Below the pieces are notes generated by a model. The model was given only the letters and a program-made list of their open reading frames with translations. It was not told the origin of the DNA and made no database searches. The translations under genes were made by a program, and so were the position numbers. A stretch of 49,280 nt of DNA from a virus, in UHGV virus genome UHGV-0151084; one strand, written 5' to 3'. Below are positions 29,366 through 38,556 of the stretch, piece after piece (the stretch's first letter is position 1; each line of letters starts with the position of its first letter).

Positions 29366-29929
29366 TTACGGTTTTTCATCGTTTTGCTCTCCTGCGTCTC
29401 CTTTGATGCGAATGCCAGCGACGCGTGGCACATTAACTTCCACGATGCGCACAGTTGGTTTGTACATCTCAATTGCTGTCAGCCAGTCAGCACCAGTCAT
29501 GCGCTTTTCTGCATCGCCATTAGTCCACTGAACCGGTACACCAATAGCCTTCATCGCAATTTCTATTTCCCCGGCAATGGCGCTTTTTCCGCAACCAGTA
29601 AAACCAGATACAACGACAAGAACTTCACCTTTGGCTGGTTTTATTTCCCGCGCTTCCAGCTCCTTAACGCGTTCCTCCAGTTCGTAGACTCTGCATTGCT
29701 CTTTATCATCAATCAGATATAACCCAAGACATTCGCTTTCTACCCAACCGCCGAAATCATGATCGTAACGCTCACATGAAAACTCACCGTCACCGTCCTT
29801 TGTTGGAATGGTGTAACTGTCTAATGGGCCACCGTACGTCGGTACATTTCCCAATTCCGGATGCTCAATCCACATGAAAAATGCACGTCCGGTTATAGGG
29901 CAAATATCTGGTCGCCATTGGTTACTCAC
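29366..29929 (-). CDS. Hypothetical protein
   Basis: 187 aa; contains a GCGKS stretch but too short for a P-loop NTPase domain. Confidence 0.4.
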   Translation of the reverse strand: MSNQWRPDICPITGRAFFMWIEHPELGNVPTYGGPLDSYTIPTKDGDGEFSCERYDHDFGGWVESECLGLYLIDDKEQCRVYELEERVKELEAREIKPAKGEVLVVVSGFTGCGKSAIAGEIEIAMKAIGVPVQWTNGDAEKRMTGADWLTAIEMYKPTVRIVEVNVPRVAGIRIKGDAGEQNDEKP

Positions 29930-30543
29930 TGGTTGCCCTCCTGAATACGCTTAAACTCAATTACCCATACCCACGGGTTAGATAGCCAGTTCTCTTGCCC
30001 GTAAATACCGCGCCAGATATCACCAAAGCCAACACGATAAACAGCTTCCGGCGGTGTAATTTTGTACGTCGCCGGAGATGCGCCTTCAGCTTTAGCATCT
30101 GCCTCGCTCATGTCATGCAGCCGTTCCACACGCACGTCGGTTATTTCCAACAGAATGCGGCTGGCCCAACGTGGCATGTGAATCGACGGGGTCCAGCCCT
30201 CAGCTGGCTTGCTACTATCTGAGTAATCAGCCTTGTAATCACACAGTTCAGAAGCCAGAGAGACACCATCTTTGATTTCCTGAATGACATCGTTATCCAG
30301 CCAAAAAGCGTTGAATGTTTCACGGACCCATATGCGATCACCAACGTTACCGAACGGGCATAAACCATGTTCAGGTGCATCCATAACGTGGGTATAGACA
30401 CCATTGCGTTTCTTTGTCGGTTTACGGATAACCAGGCAGTTATCGGCCCTGACATTTTTTACAGGTCGGCGAGTCTGCGTCTTCCTTCCTTCGAGGATGG
30501 CCCTAACCATATCGTCATTAAAAACAACACCACGTTCTTTCAT
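29926..30543 (-). CDS. ASCH (PUA-like) domain protein
   Basis: 205 aa; N-terminal FNDDMVRAILEGRKTQTRRP matches the ASCH signature. Confidence 0.5.
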   Translation of the reverse strand: MKERGVVFNDDMVRAILEGRKTQTRRPVKNVRADNCLVIRKPTKKRNGVYTHVMDAPEHGLCPFGNVGDRIWVRETFNAFWLDNDVIQEIKDGVSLASELCDYKADYSDSSKPAEGWTPSIHMPRWASRILLEITDVRVERLHDMSEADAKAEGASPATYKITPPEAVYRVGFGDIWRGIYGQENWLSNPWVWVIEFKRIQEGNQ

Positions 30544-30794
30544 TTAGAAGCCACCTTGTTCAATTTCCGGCGACAAGACACGCAATCATCAGGACTCTCA
30601 AAAGTGTCTGGCTCACGGTAATCACCAAAATACATCCAACGGCCGCAAATGCTGGTTACTTCATCTTCATTAAAATAATGATGTTTATTCGCCTTCATTG
30701 GCCTGACCCATCCGGCATTTTTCTTGCTCACTTCAACTCCTCCCGACGACGTTCCTGAAGCTCTAGCATTGCGGCTCGGAAATCCTGCCACCAT
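30540..30794 (-). CDS. Small hypothetical protein
   Basis: 84 aa track ORF; likely shorter (internal Met at 30698). Confidence 0.3.
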   Translation of the reverse strand: MVAGFPSRNARASGTSSGGVEVSKKNAGWVRPMKANKHHYFNEDEVTSICGRWMYFGDYREPDTFESPDDCVSCRRKLNKVASK

Positions 30795-31093
30795 TCCTCA
30801 TTGGCTACTGGGGTGTTCCTCTCCAGTACCTTGTCCGCATCAGCGATCAGGTTTGCCAGACTCTTGTCTGAAATCTTCGTTACCGGAGTCGTTGGTTGCT
30901 CAAACTGCCCGATAGGTTTTATCGTGCTTAAAAGGAGGCGACGGCGGGAAAGTGGTGCCCCACAACGACGGCCATCTTCCTTGCGATATGTTTCTTTCGG
31001 ACCAACACACCAGGTTGTCGGCGTTTCGCGCAACTTCACTCTTTTCTCACCATCATTGGTAATGATTATTCCGGTATGGGTTTTGATGCTCAT
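30728..31093 (-). CDS. Hypothetical protein
   Basis: 121 aa ORF. Confidence 0.35.
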   Translation of the reverse strand: MSIKTHTGIIITNDGEKRVKLRETPTTWCVGPKETYRKEDGRRCGAPLSRRRLLLSTIKPIGQFEQPTTPVTKISDKSLANLIADADKVLERNTPVANEEWWQDFRAAMLELQERRREELK

Positions 31094-31392
31094 GCCACAG
31101 CCCCTCTCAACGGCTTAACTTTGGCTAATAAGGTGTTAAACAACATGGAGTTAGGATTCATGCCAAATGGCAATTCCGGTTTAGCGGAGTAGTACAGGCA
31201 ACCATTTATTTTCCTGGTTGTTATCTGTCCTTCGGCAACCATGCTTCTCAGTCTGCAACGCATAGAGTTCTGCGACACACCAATGTGCTCCGCGATTACG
31301 TCCACTTTTGAACATGGGTGATCGGTCAGGAAATTAATCACATCTTGGGGGTTAATAATTTTGCGTTTCATTGTCGAGGCGTCCTTATACAT
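31090..31392 (-). CDS. Putative winged-helix DNA-binding protein
   Basis: 100 aa; HTH-like segment VDVIAEHIGVSQNSMRCRLRSMVAEGQI. Confidence 0.45.
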   Translation of the reverse strand: MYKDASTMKRKIINPQDVINFLTDHPCSKVDVIAEHIGVSQNSMRCRLRSMVAEGQITTRKINGCLYYSAKPELPFGMNPNSMLFNTLLAKVKPLRGAVA

Positions 31393-31448
31393 TTATATAA
31401 ATATATAATTCTATATACGGCGGGAGACATCCCGCCGTAGGCTTACTG

Positions 31449-32516
31449 TCAGGCTTTCAATAGCGATTCTTTCAGATATCGGGCATCAGCCAGGGCGTTT
31501 GGAGTAATCTTACGAACCCATGCATTACGGGTTGGACTCCACTTAAAGGCGCGTGATTTAAGCAGCGAACGAATGTTTGCCTCTGGTTTGCCAGGGAAAT
31601 AAAACAGGATGCGGTTATCCTCTGGATCTATCTCCATAGAAAAGCCGTCGTATTCTTCGCGCTGTGCTCCTGTTACAGACTTGACCGATTCAAGCTCCTT
31701 AATACGGCTCTGTAGTCGTTTGATTTCGGCCTTATTGTTGCTCAGTGCGTATGAAGGGAATCCGATGTGCCCACAGAAATCTCCGGCCAGTAACTCTTTG
31801 GCTTCGCTTTCTGTAAACCTGAGATCGATTAATGCAGAAAGCTGCTGTAATTGGTCTTTTTTGTATTTGCGAATGGCCTTATTTGCGGCCTTCATTTTGA
31901 CGTGTGACTTCATGCAGCCTTGCAGCTTACGAAGCAACTTAAATAGCGCATCAGGATCATCAGACGAAATTCCATTACGACCAACACCTGCGGCTTTGCT
32001 CTCGTAGTGTGATGCTTTACTTTCGCATTCAACAAACGCTTTTCTGAATAACGCATCAGCTTTAGACAAACGGCGGCGATGGCCTTTCGCGCTATAATGG
32101 TCAACTAAAATCGGCTGGCCTAACGGGATCACATCCAACAGGTCATGCGCTCGCTTATGCGCTACCGCACCTTCTTTTCTGGCTTTTTCTGCACGAGCAA
32201 TATATCGGGCAAGACGCGCGTTCTGGCGTTCCTGATAGGTGTTTACGTAATCATCTCCGCGCTGCTGCTGTTCAAGCCATGCTTTGCGCAGATCTTCTGT
32301 TACGTCCACCAGCTCCGCAGGGATACAACCAGTTTGGGCTTCATAAGAGTAACCATCCTCATAGATGCGCCCATCGTCTTCAACAAAGAAAAAGGTTTCG
32401 TGCTCATCGCTTTTGACCATACGACCATTAACATGGCGTAATAGGTAGCCAGTATCAGTGCTTAACAGGCTGTTAGGGTTGTTGATCCAGTCAGAAATAA
32501 TTACTTGTTTATTCAT
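31449..32516 (-). CDS. Hypothetical protein, first gene behind copy 2 of the repeated promoter module
   Basis: 355 aa ORF; basic central region; identity uncertain. Confidence 0.4.
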   Translation of the reverse strand: MNKQVIISDWINNPNSLLSTDTGYLLRHVNGRMVKSDEHETFFFVEDDGRIYEDGYSYEAQTGCIPAELVDVTEDLRKAWLEQQQRGDDYVNTYQERQNARLARYIARAEKARKEGAVAHKRAHDLLDVIPLGQPILVDHYSAKGHRRRLSKADALFRKAFVECESKASHYESKAAGVGRNGISSDDPDALFKLLRKLQGCMKSHVKMKAANKAIRKYKKDQLQQLSALIDLRFTESEAKELLAGDFCGHIGFPSYALSNNKAEIKRLQSRIKELESVKSVTGAQREEYDGFSMEIDPEDNRILFYFPGKPEANIRSLLKSRAFKWSPTRNAWVRKITPNALADARYLKESLLKA

Positions 32517-32640
32517 CAGATTTCTCCGGTTTAACCAGGGCGGGTATCGCTCGGTTTCGGGTATAACCTTAGGAAATTTTTTCCCACCTGTAAAGCACTT
32601 TTTATATAAATCTATAATTATATATTTATAGATTTTCGAT
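32517..32640 (-). promoter_or_regulatory. Repeated promoter/leader module, copy 2 (directly downstream of Q-like gene)
   Basis: Near-identical to copies at 24998..25115 and 42106..42225. Confidence 0.6.
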
Positions 32641-32685
32641 GTTCCCGATGTCTACACACCATCAAAACAGCTCAAAATGACACTT

Positions 32686-33063
32686 TCACTCTCTTCGCTT
32701 TTTCAAATAGTCGACAACATACGCCCTGGCTTTTGCCAGCTTCCGGCGATACTGTCTGAGACTAAGAGAAAGGGCGTGGGCTTTATCAATATGCGGTGCA
32801 TTTATGTCGAGGCCCCGAATCTCCCACGCCCCGTATTCAATTCGGACAACCAGCGCCGCAGTCTCATCAACTACCGTGAGGGCCGTCACCGCTCCCTCGA
32901 TACTGGTTTCCAGTGAGTCATTTGGTGCGCCGCCCCCTCCGGTAAACTGGCAACGCGTAACCATCATCATTTCTAACATCGACGCGAAACCGCTACGGGC
33001 GTTGCAGCCATTGCGCACCCACAGCGCCCATAGCTCAAACAAGCTATCCAGATCGCGTCTCAC
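32686..33063 (-). CDS. Putative antitermination protein Q-like
   Basis: 125 aa; N-terminal LFELWALWVRNG resembles the LERWGAW pattern of Q-family antiterminators; followed by promoter module. Confidence 0.45.
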   Translation of the reverse strand: MRRDLDSLFELWALWVRNGCNARSGFASMLEMMMVTRCQFTGGGGAPNDSLETSIEGAVTALTVVDETAALVVRIEYGAWEIRGLDINAPHIDKAHALSLSLRQYRRKLAKARAYVVDYLKKRRE

Positions 33064-33066
33064 TGT

Positions 33067-33399
33067 TCAGATCTCCCGTATCGTGACGGGATAAAGCGCC
33101 TCTACCTGCTTTTTCTTCATGATGTAGACGTCTGTTCGCACACCTTTAGTGTCGACACAATCAATCGTCCCATCGTCATAAAACACCATGAAATCAAGTT
33201 TATAAACGACACCACCTGGCAGATTAAAAGGCACCTGCATAAGAAACGTCACAACGCGGCCAGCTTTTCTCAGTAGCTTCAGTTCGCAGTAGTAATCAGC
33301 CTCTTTTTTGCTATCAAAAGCGATATCATCGACAACCGTTTTTTTATTGCCGTATTTGCTTTTCCTGGTCGCTGGTTTGCGAAAGCCGGTATATCTCAT
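33067..33399 (-). CDS. DUF1064-like phage protein
   Basis: 110 aa; KYGNKKT...FDSKKEADYY...YKLDFMVFYDDGT pattern. Confidence 0.5.
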   Translation of the reverse strand: MRYTGFRKPATRKSKYGNKKTVVDDIAFDSKKEADYYCELKLLRKAGRVVTFLMQVPFNLPGGVVYKLDFMVFYDDGTIDCVDTKGVRTDVYIMKKKQVEALYPVTIREI

Positions 33400-33800
33400 T
33401 TGGTATCCCCTGGTACTTCACCAAGACTAAGATCAAACCCAATTTCGTCTTTAACTGACTGCGGCAACAGCTCCCACGTCTGCGCACACAAAAATTCATC
33501 GGTGCCATAACGCTCAACAAAGCGAGCACAATTACTCAGGGGAGGGTGACGAACGGCAATATGCGGAGGCACGCGCCCACCACCAGGCACAACACCGCGA
33601 TGATGTGGTGCGCACAACCCAAAGCTATGGAAGTGGCAATTCTCATCAACGCTGCCGTAATCAGGATCGTGATGTAGCTCCGTCCACAGCTCTGGATTCT
33701 CAATTTCACGGCCATCAATAATGCAAGCTATGCAACCCACGTGAGTGAGCACCGCTTGTATATAAAGTTTCTCTTTCTTCGTTGGTGTACGTCCGTTCAT
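33396..33800 (-). CDS. Putative zinc-binding HNH-like nuclease
   Basis: 134 aa; Cys/His-rich (CIACI, HHDPD, CHFHSFGLCAPHH). Confidence 0.4.
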   Translation of the reverse strand: MNGRTPTKKEKLYIQAVLTHVGCIACIIDGREIENPELWTELHHDPDYGSVDENCHFHSFGLCAPHHRGVVPGGGRVPPHIAVRHPPLSNCARFVERYGTDEFLCAQTWELLPQSVKDEIGFDLSLGEVPGDTK

Positions 33801-34033
33801 CAGCGCCCCTTACCATTGATAAAGAGGTTGAACTCGTTGATTAACTGGACATACATGCTTCTGGCCGCGTAGTTCTTTGCCAGCTCTTTACGGGATGAGA
33901 TCCCGCAAAACTCACGCAGAATCACAGAGGCCTCAGAACTGTTTGAAACGTTCTTCCCTGTTTTACTGGTCAGAAAGCGCCAGAATTGGGGATTCTGGCA
34001 ATGCATCGCAGCACCGCGAACATAACTACTCAT
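33800..34033 (-). CDS. Hypothetical protein
   Basis: 77 aa ORF. Confidence 0.3.
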   Translation of the reverse strand: MSSYVRGAAMHCQNPQFWRFLTSKTGKNVSNSSEASVILREFCGISSRKELAKNYAARSMYVQLINEFNLFINGKGR

Positions 34034-34545
34034 TGATGGCCCCCGTCATTTCTGGTGCTTTTCACCGTGCGGCTTCTTAAAAACCTGCCATCACGAACAA
34101 CAGACACTTCTCGTTTACCCAACCTCATTTCACGGCGGTAACATTCAGAAAATGCCTCGTCCGGCATCATATAAATGCGACGCTTCGCCTCCGTATCCAG
34201 AAGGGAACGGCTTGGGGTTACATATAAAAACGACTCATCAATAGGGACAAAACCACGAGCAAGAATTGCTGGCAGAATGCCAGGAAGAACGCAGAAAACA
34301 GCTCCACGATGCAGCAACATCTGGTACTCCATGACCTCCGTTATCCCCGTGACTACTGTGACGGTGTCACGTCTGTTACGGCTGGCAACCAGTCGCTGCA
34401 CACGTCCAATTTTCTGATCTACAGATAGATGTTTGCTATCGTTATCAATATGATCGATAACAAATCCTTTAATCGTTTGATCAAGGTAGTGCACCACCTG
34501 CGATTGAATCTGGTGATTATCACCAAAGAAGGCCAGAATCATCAT
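34030..34545 (-). CDS. Hypothetical protein
   Basis: 171 aa ORF, coupled to Cro-like gene. Confidence 0.35.
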   Translation of the reverse strand: MMILAFFGDNHQIQSQVVHYLDQTIKGFVIDHIDNDSKHLSVDQKIGRVQRLVASRNRRDTVTVVTGITEVMEYQMLLHRGAVFCVLPGILPAILARGFVPIDESFLYVTPSRSLLDTEAKRRIYMMPDEAFSECYRREMRLGKREVSVVRDGRFLRSRTVKSTRNDGGHQ

Positions 34546-35036
34546 TCCTCAAGCCTCCCAAGTGCTGAACGCCGGGCGTTGCTAATCTCCTTATGAATCA
34601 GCTCGATATCGCTGGAATCTTTATTCTTAAGCTCCAGCACGGTAATCGCATCACGAACCTCTGAAACGGTTACGTGTGAGTGTTTCCAGCGAGCAATGAA
34701 TCGCGGACCGCGTAGATTGCAACGCTCCGCAGGCATCCCCAGCTCAGAGAAAACCGCTTTCAGCCTTGATAAGCAGTTAACAGGGAGGTTCCCTTTGATC
34801 TTGTTCTGCCGAACCGATGTGCCATCGCTACGCTGGCGCTGACGTTCGGCAAAATCTGCCGCCCATTGCTGGACGTTAATCCGGCCTTCCGAATACGCCA
34901 CCAGCAGCGTCAGGTTATCCGCACGAGGGAATCTCTCGAAGCGATACCAGGCACCAATCAGTGATGACGTAAAGCCAAACTTTCTGGCAACACCAATTTG
35001 GCCTCCATTTTCGTCAACCCACTCCTGAAAGGTCAT
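34542..35036 (-). CDS. Cro-like early regulator
   Basis: 164 aa, N-terminal HTH, divergent from CI-like repressor across an operator-rich intergenic region. Confidence 0.5.
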   Translation of the reverse strand: MTFQEWVDENGGQIGVARKFGFTSSLIGAWYRFERFPRADNLTLLVAYSEGRINVQQWAADFAERQRQRSDGTSVRQNKIKGNLPVNCLSRLKAVFSELGMPAERCNLRGPRFIARWKHSHVTVSEVRDAITVLELKNKDSSDIELIHKEISNARRSALGRLEE

Positions 35037-35055
35037 TTAACGAACTCCAGTTAAA

Positions 35056-35173
35056 ACCACGATATGTGGTATTAAAACCACATATCGTGAGTTTTTCAAT
35101 GGGCGAAACAAAAAATAACCTTCTATTTGTGGTCCACCTCTCGTCTTACCATGTGAAAACCACTAAATGTGGT
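35056..35173. promoter_or_regulatory. Immunity operator cluster (ACCAC-N5-GTGGT sites at 35056-35070, 35077-35091, 35159-35173)
   Basis: Three 15-bp inverted-repeat sites in the divergent Cro-like / CI-like intergenic region. Confidence 0.65.
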
Positions 35174-35210
35174 AATGTATAAATAACCCACCATTCACGA
35201 TTGATGAGAC

Positions 35211-35867
35211 ATGAAAAGCAACGACGAGAACATCAAGAAAGAAATAGGTCTGCGCATTCAGACTCTACGGAAACAATCCGGCATGACTGCCGGAGATCTC
35301 CAGCAAGTCACTGGAATAGGCTTAAGCACCTTGCAGAACTATGAGGCCGGATTAAGACAACCATCTATACCTGCCATCAAGAAAATCGCGCACGCCCTGA
35401 AAGCATCAGCGCCTTATATCGCGTGCTTAACAGATAACCCGTTCCCACCCCAGAATACTAACGCTCCTGTTATTCCTGGGCTTGTAGCTATAAAAAATGA
35501 CATAGCATCGCACGCCGGAGAAAAGCCAGTGCTGGCGATAGAACAGGAGATTCTACGAAGCAAGAACATCAACCCATCGTCTCTGTCAGTTCTCCAGAGC
35601 AACGATGAGTTAATGTCACCAACAATATCCCCTGGCTCCCAAGTCCTGATTGATACAGACGATACAGAGATTCATGAGGGGATCTATGCCCTTGAAGACA
35701 GAAATGGCCTGGTTGTTTTGAGGCACTGTAGAGTCATACCGGGTGACAATGCTGTTATGCTGTCAACCGAAAGGGATGCTGAAATGAACACTAAGCATCT
35801 GAATAACGAGGAATTTAAGCGTTATAAAGTTCTTGGCCGCGTAGTTAGTGTTGTCAACTGGTTATGA
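35211..35867 (+). CDS. CI-like repressor (XRE HTH + S24 LexA-like peptidase domain)
   Basis: 218 aa; N-terminal HTH (LQQVTGIGLSTLQNYEAG), C-terminal S24-like region. Confidence 0.8.
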   Translation: MKSNDENIKKEIGLRIQTLRKQSGMTAGDLQQVTGIGLSTLQNYEAGLRQPSIPAIKKIAHALKASAPYIACLTDNPFPPQNTNAPVIPGLVAIKNDIASHAGEKPVLAIEQEILRSKNINPSSLSVLQSNDELMSPTISPGSQVLIDTDDTEIHEGIYALEDRNGLVVLRHCRVIPGDNAVMLSTERDAEMNTKHLNNEEFKRYKVLGRVVSVVNWL

Positions 35868-35909
35868 TACACAGCACGGCGAAAGCCGTGCATTTCTACG
35901 CTCAAAAAA

Positions 35910-35924
35910 ACCACATTTTGTGGT
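35910..35924. promoter_or_regulatory. Additional operator site (ACCACATTTTGTGGT) downstream of CI-like gene
   Basis: Perfect-armed copy of the ACCAC-N5-GTGGT motif. Confidence 0.55.
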
Positions 35925-35959
35925 TTTGACAACATGTAAAAGTATAAAAGAGGCTACGC

Positions 35960-36334
35960 ATGGAATTACATACAGCCAATAAAAACGAAACTCTGATCAC
36001 TGCTGGAATCGAAATCCAAGCGTTGAACATAGCGATTGAGTGTATGTTATGCCAAATCATTGATAATGAAAAAGATATCGACTGGATAGAATCTATCCTT
36101 CATCTGGCATCAGAACAAAAAGTCTGCCTCAAAACGGCCTTACAATACGATGTGCCAGCGGTATCGAAGCTGTGCCAGCCATTGATGGCATATAACAGGG
36201 CTATTATTTCTGTATGCCTCATGATTCTTGATGAAAACACCCCTCTTAGCGACCGCTCAGAAGCTGCTCTAACACTCTCACGTAAACAGCGACAGCTAGC
36301 AAATCAACTGATATCAACGATAGCTGACCTCTGA
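35960..36334 (+). CDS. Hypothetical protein
   Basis: 124 aa ORF with AAGAGG RBS. Confidence 0.4.
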   Translation: MELHTANKNETLITAGIEIQALNIAIECMLCQIIDNEKDIDWIESILHLASEQKVCLKTALQYDVPAVSKLCQPLMAYNRAIISVCLMILDENTPLSDRSEAALTLSRKQRQLANQLISTIADL

Positions 36335-36364
36335 CTGAAAGCGGGCTAACGCCCGCTTATATGA

Positions 36365-36460
36365 TTATAGATTTATATAATTATATAAAACGCTTTTCAT
36401 CCGCCAAAAAGTTGGTTATGCTTACCTCGTTCTATAAATATAGATTTATATAATTATATA
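36365..36460. repeat. AT-rich iterons (ATAGATTTATATAATTATATAA x2) upstream of parA; candidate partition site / operator
   Basis: Two copies at 36365-36390 and 36431-36460; a third between parA and the ParG-like gene at 37141-37170. Confidence 0.5.
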
Positions 36461-36484
36461 ACCAAACACATGGAGTCTCGACAA

Positions 36485-37138
36485 ATGACTATCTCTGTAG
36501 GTATTTTCAACGGAAAAGGCGGCGTAACCAAATCAACAATTGCCCGTGCTTTAGCAGTTGCTTATGCAAAGGCCGGCTGGAATGTATGCCTGATCGATAT
36601 GGATGTGCTTAACGGAACGGTAACGCGTTGGGTACAACGCAGAATGGCCAACAATATCGAACCTGCAATCGCGGCGCAGCCGTGCGGCACGCCATCACAA
36701 GTCCAGAAAATCATCGAATCAGAAGTATACGACCTGGTTATCGTCGATGGCGGTGCCTACGCATCTGAATCAGTACCGAAGCTCTCTGAATTTCTGGATA
36801 TGGTTATTTTGCCAACCAGATTCTCTACCGATGACCTGGAAACCACCGTTAACACAGCTCATGGCATCGTTAAAAAGGGTGTGCCAATCAAGAAAATTTG
36901 CATGGTGTTCTCAGGCGCGGCTGAAAACGAAGCCGACTACATTGAAGCCCAAGAGTACCTGGCTAATACGCCATACTTTGTTGTCGATAAGTACATTCCC
37001 CACAAGCCAGCTCTGAGCAAAGCTCAGGATAAGGGCTTAAGCCTCATTGAATGCTCATACGTTGCGCCACGCAAAAAGGCAGACGACGTTATTCAGGGGA
37101 TTATCAACCAGCTTGAGGCTCTGACTACTGCCGCGTAA
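36485..37138 (+). CDS. parA: ParA-family partition ATPase (small, type Ib-like)
   Basis: Deviant Walker A GKGGVTKST; start placed at ATG 36485 with GGAG RBS. Confidence 0.8.
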   Translation: MTISVGIFNGKGGVTKSTIARALAVAYAKAGWNVCLIDMDVLNGTVTRWVQRRMANNIEPAIAAQPCGTPSQVQKIIESEVYDLVIVDGGAYASESVPKLSEFLDMVILPTRFSTDDLETTVNTAHGIVKKGVPIKKICMVFSGAAENEADYIEAQEYLANTPYFVVDKYIPHKPALSKAQDKGLSLIECSYVAPRKKADDVIQGIINQLEALTTAA

Positions 37139-37181
37139 TATATAATTATAGTTTTATAGATTTATATAAGAGGGGATACAC

Positions 37182-37430
37182 ATGGCCGCACCATCAAAAC
37201 CACCAAAGAAGAACAGCAAAGGCGTACCGCCATCGATCGAACAACCGCAGGTTTTCGACCCGACTGAAACGCCAGCCAGAACCAAATCAGGTGGGGCACA
37301 AATGGCGTTTAACGTCGACCCTGAATTTAAACGCGAGTACAAAACGTTCGCCAGCTCAATGGATATGTCATTGAAAGAAGTGCTGACAAAATCTTTTGAG
37401 TTACTCAAGGCTCAATACAACCAGAAGTAA
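37182..37430 (+). CDS. ParG-like ribbon-helix-helix partition protein
   Basis: 82 aa, basic disordered N-terminus and C-terminal RHH-like segment, directly after parA. Confidence 0.5.
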   Translation: MAAPSKPPKKNSKGVPPSIEQPQVFDPTETPARTKSGGAQMAFNVDPEFKREYKTFASSMDMSLKEVLTKSFELLKAQYNQK

Positions 37431-37459
37431 GAGAAGGTGACGGCCTCCAGCGCCAACTG

Positions 37460-37642
37460 TTGGCCGTCGCGACACAACAAGGGGAATTTGTTATGTCCGA
37501 ACAACAATATACACGGTTACTGAAAACTCGTCTAACCGACCTCAAACGGCTGCAAGCTGGCCGCTTATTTGCCCTGCTATCCACCAGACCAGAATGGGTA
37601 CGTGAAGCAGTTCTGAAAGGCTTAATGCGCTCCAGCGTTTAA
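37460..37642 (+). CDS. Small hypothetical protein
   Basis: 60 aa ORF. Confidence 0.3.
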   Translation: MAVATQQGEFVMSEQQYTRLLKTRLTDLKRLQAGRLFALLSTRPEWVREAVLKGLMRSSV

Positions 37643-37652
37643 ATTCAACCAT

Positions 37653-37676
37653 AAAAAAGGCCCCCGAAGGGGCCTA
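37653..37676. terminator. Hairpin terminator (GGCCCC-CGAA-GGGGCC) with A/T runs
   Basis: Perfect 6-bp GC stem; T-run on minus strand. Confidence 0.55.
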
Positions 37677-38096
37677 ATCGCTACTTGCTGCTAATGTTTA
37701 TCGTCACATTCAGAGCGTTATCAGTAATCTTCCAACCCTCCCCATGTGGCGTAAACAAAGCTCCAGTAACAACGATAAAAATACACATACAGTATTTTTT
37801 CATTGTATGGCCCTTACAGGCCGTTTCACGGCATCCCCACCGACGAAAACAACGCGAGAGCAAGCACGGCTGCTTGTGCTTGCATGTACGGCAACAGGAA
37901 ATCCTCCCCTAAAGTCGGTGCCCGGGTGCGAATCGGCGGGAAGGTCCACAGGTATTTTACGATTATTTTAAGATTAGTAATAGGAAAGAAATTAAACGAA
38001 AAAAACAGTTTATTTTCACAAAATCAGTAACCTACCCACAATCTGTGAGTTTGCTGACACAACAAGAACCACAATTTTTTGATGTATAATAGTGGA

Positions 38097-38227
38097 CTAT
38101 TATTACCTTTTGAGTAAAATCAATTTGCTGCTTGTGCTTGCGTGGTTGTTTATACAACAACGTAATGCTGAAAGGACCGCGAATCCGATCAGCACGAAAG
38201 AACCGTCCTCAATAGGGCGGTTTTTTT
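38097..38227 (+). ncRNA. Candidate small RNA (extended -10 promoter TGTATAAT at 38083-38090 to terminator at 38199-38227)
   Basis: Promoter-like element followed about 110 nt later by hairpin AACCGUCCU/AGGGCGGUU plus U7; no ORF. Confidence 0.35.
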
Positions 38228-38291
38228 GTTTCTGCCTACCAATAAACCCACGCTATGTGGTTGTCTCTGTTAAAATCCCGCCGTATTGACA

Positions 38292-38396
38292 TGAATGCGC
38301 CATTGGTGGACACTTTCCGAGCCGTAGCAAAATCTACGGTCGGGATTAGCCTCCTGAATAACACGATGGCGCATACCGCGTTAGCGGTTTTTTTAT
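38292..38396 (+). ncRNA. Candidate structured RNA upstream of antirepressor operon
   Basis: TTGAC at 38286, internal hairpin CCGTAG/CTACGG, terminator ACCGC-GTTA-GCGGT + T7; shares GATTAGCCTC with the downstream leader. Confidence 0.3.
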
Positions 38397-38556
38397 GCGT
38401 AGAGCACTGTTACGCCCAAATTATGGTGGGTCGTACAGGGGCGGAGAAATCCGCGCCGGTTCGTCATTGTGTCCGGTAAGGCTAACCCTGTACGGCTCAC
38501 CACCATTTGATTAGCCTCGAATGGCGGTGATAGTTCCATATACTGGAGATATCACA

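Noticed and set aside
29366-29929. Walker A-like GFTGCGKS in the 187-aa protein
   Set aside because: The motif sits about 70 residues from the C-terminus with no room for a P-loop fold; probably coincidental.
35926-35931. TTGACA hexamer after operator O4 as the promoter for gene 35960..36334
   Set aside because: Only about 30 bp separate it from the ATG and no suitably spaced -10 follows.
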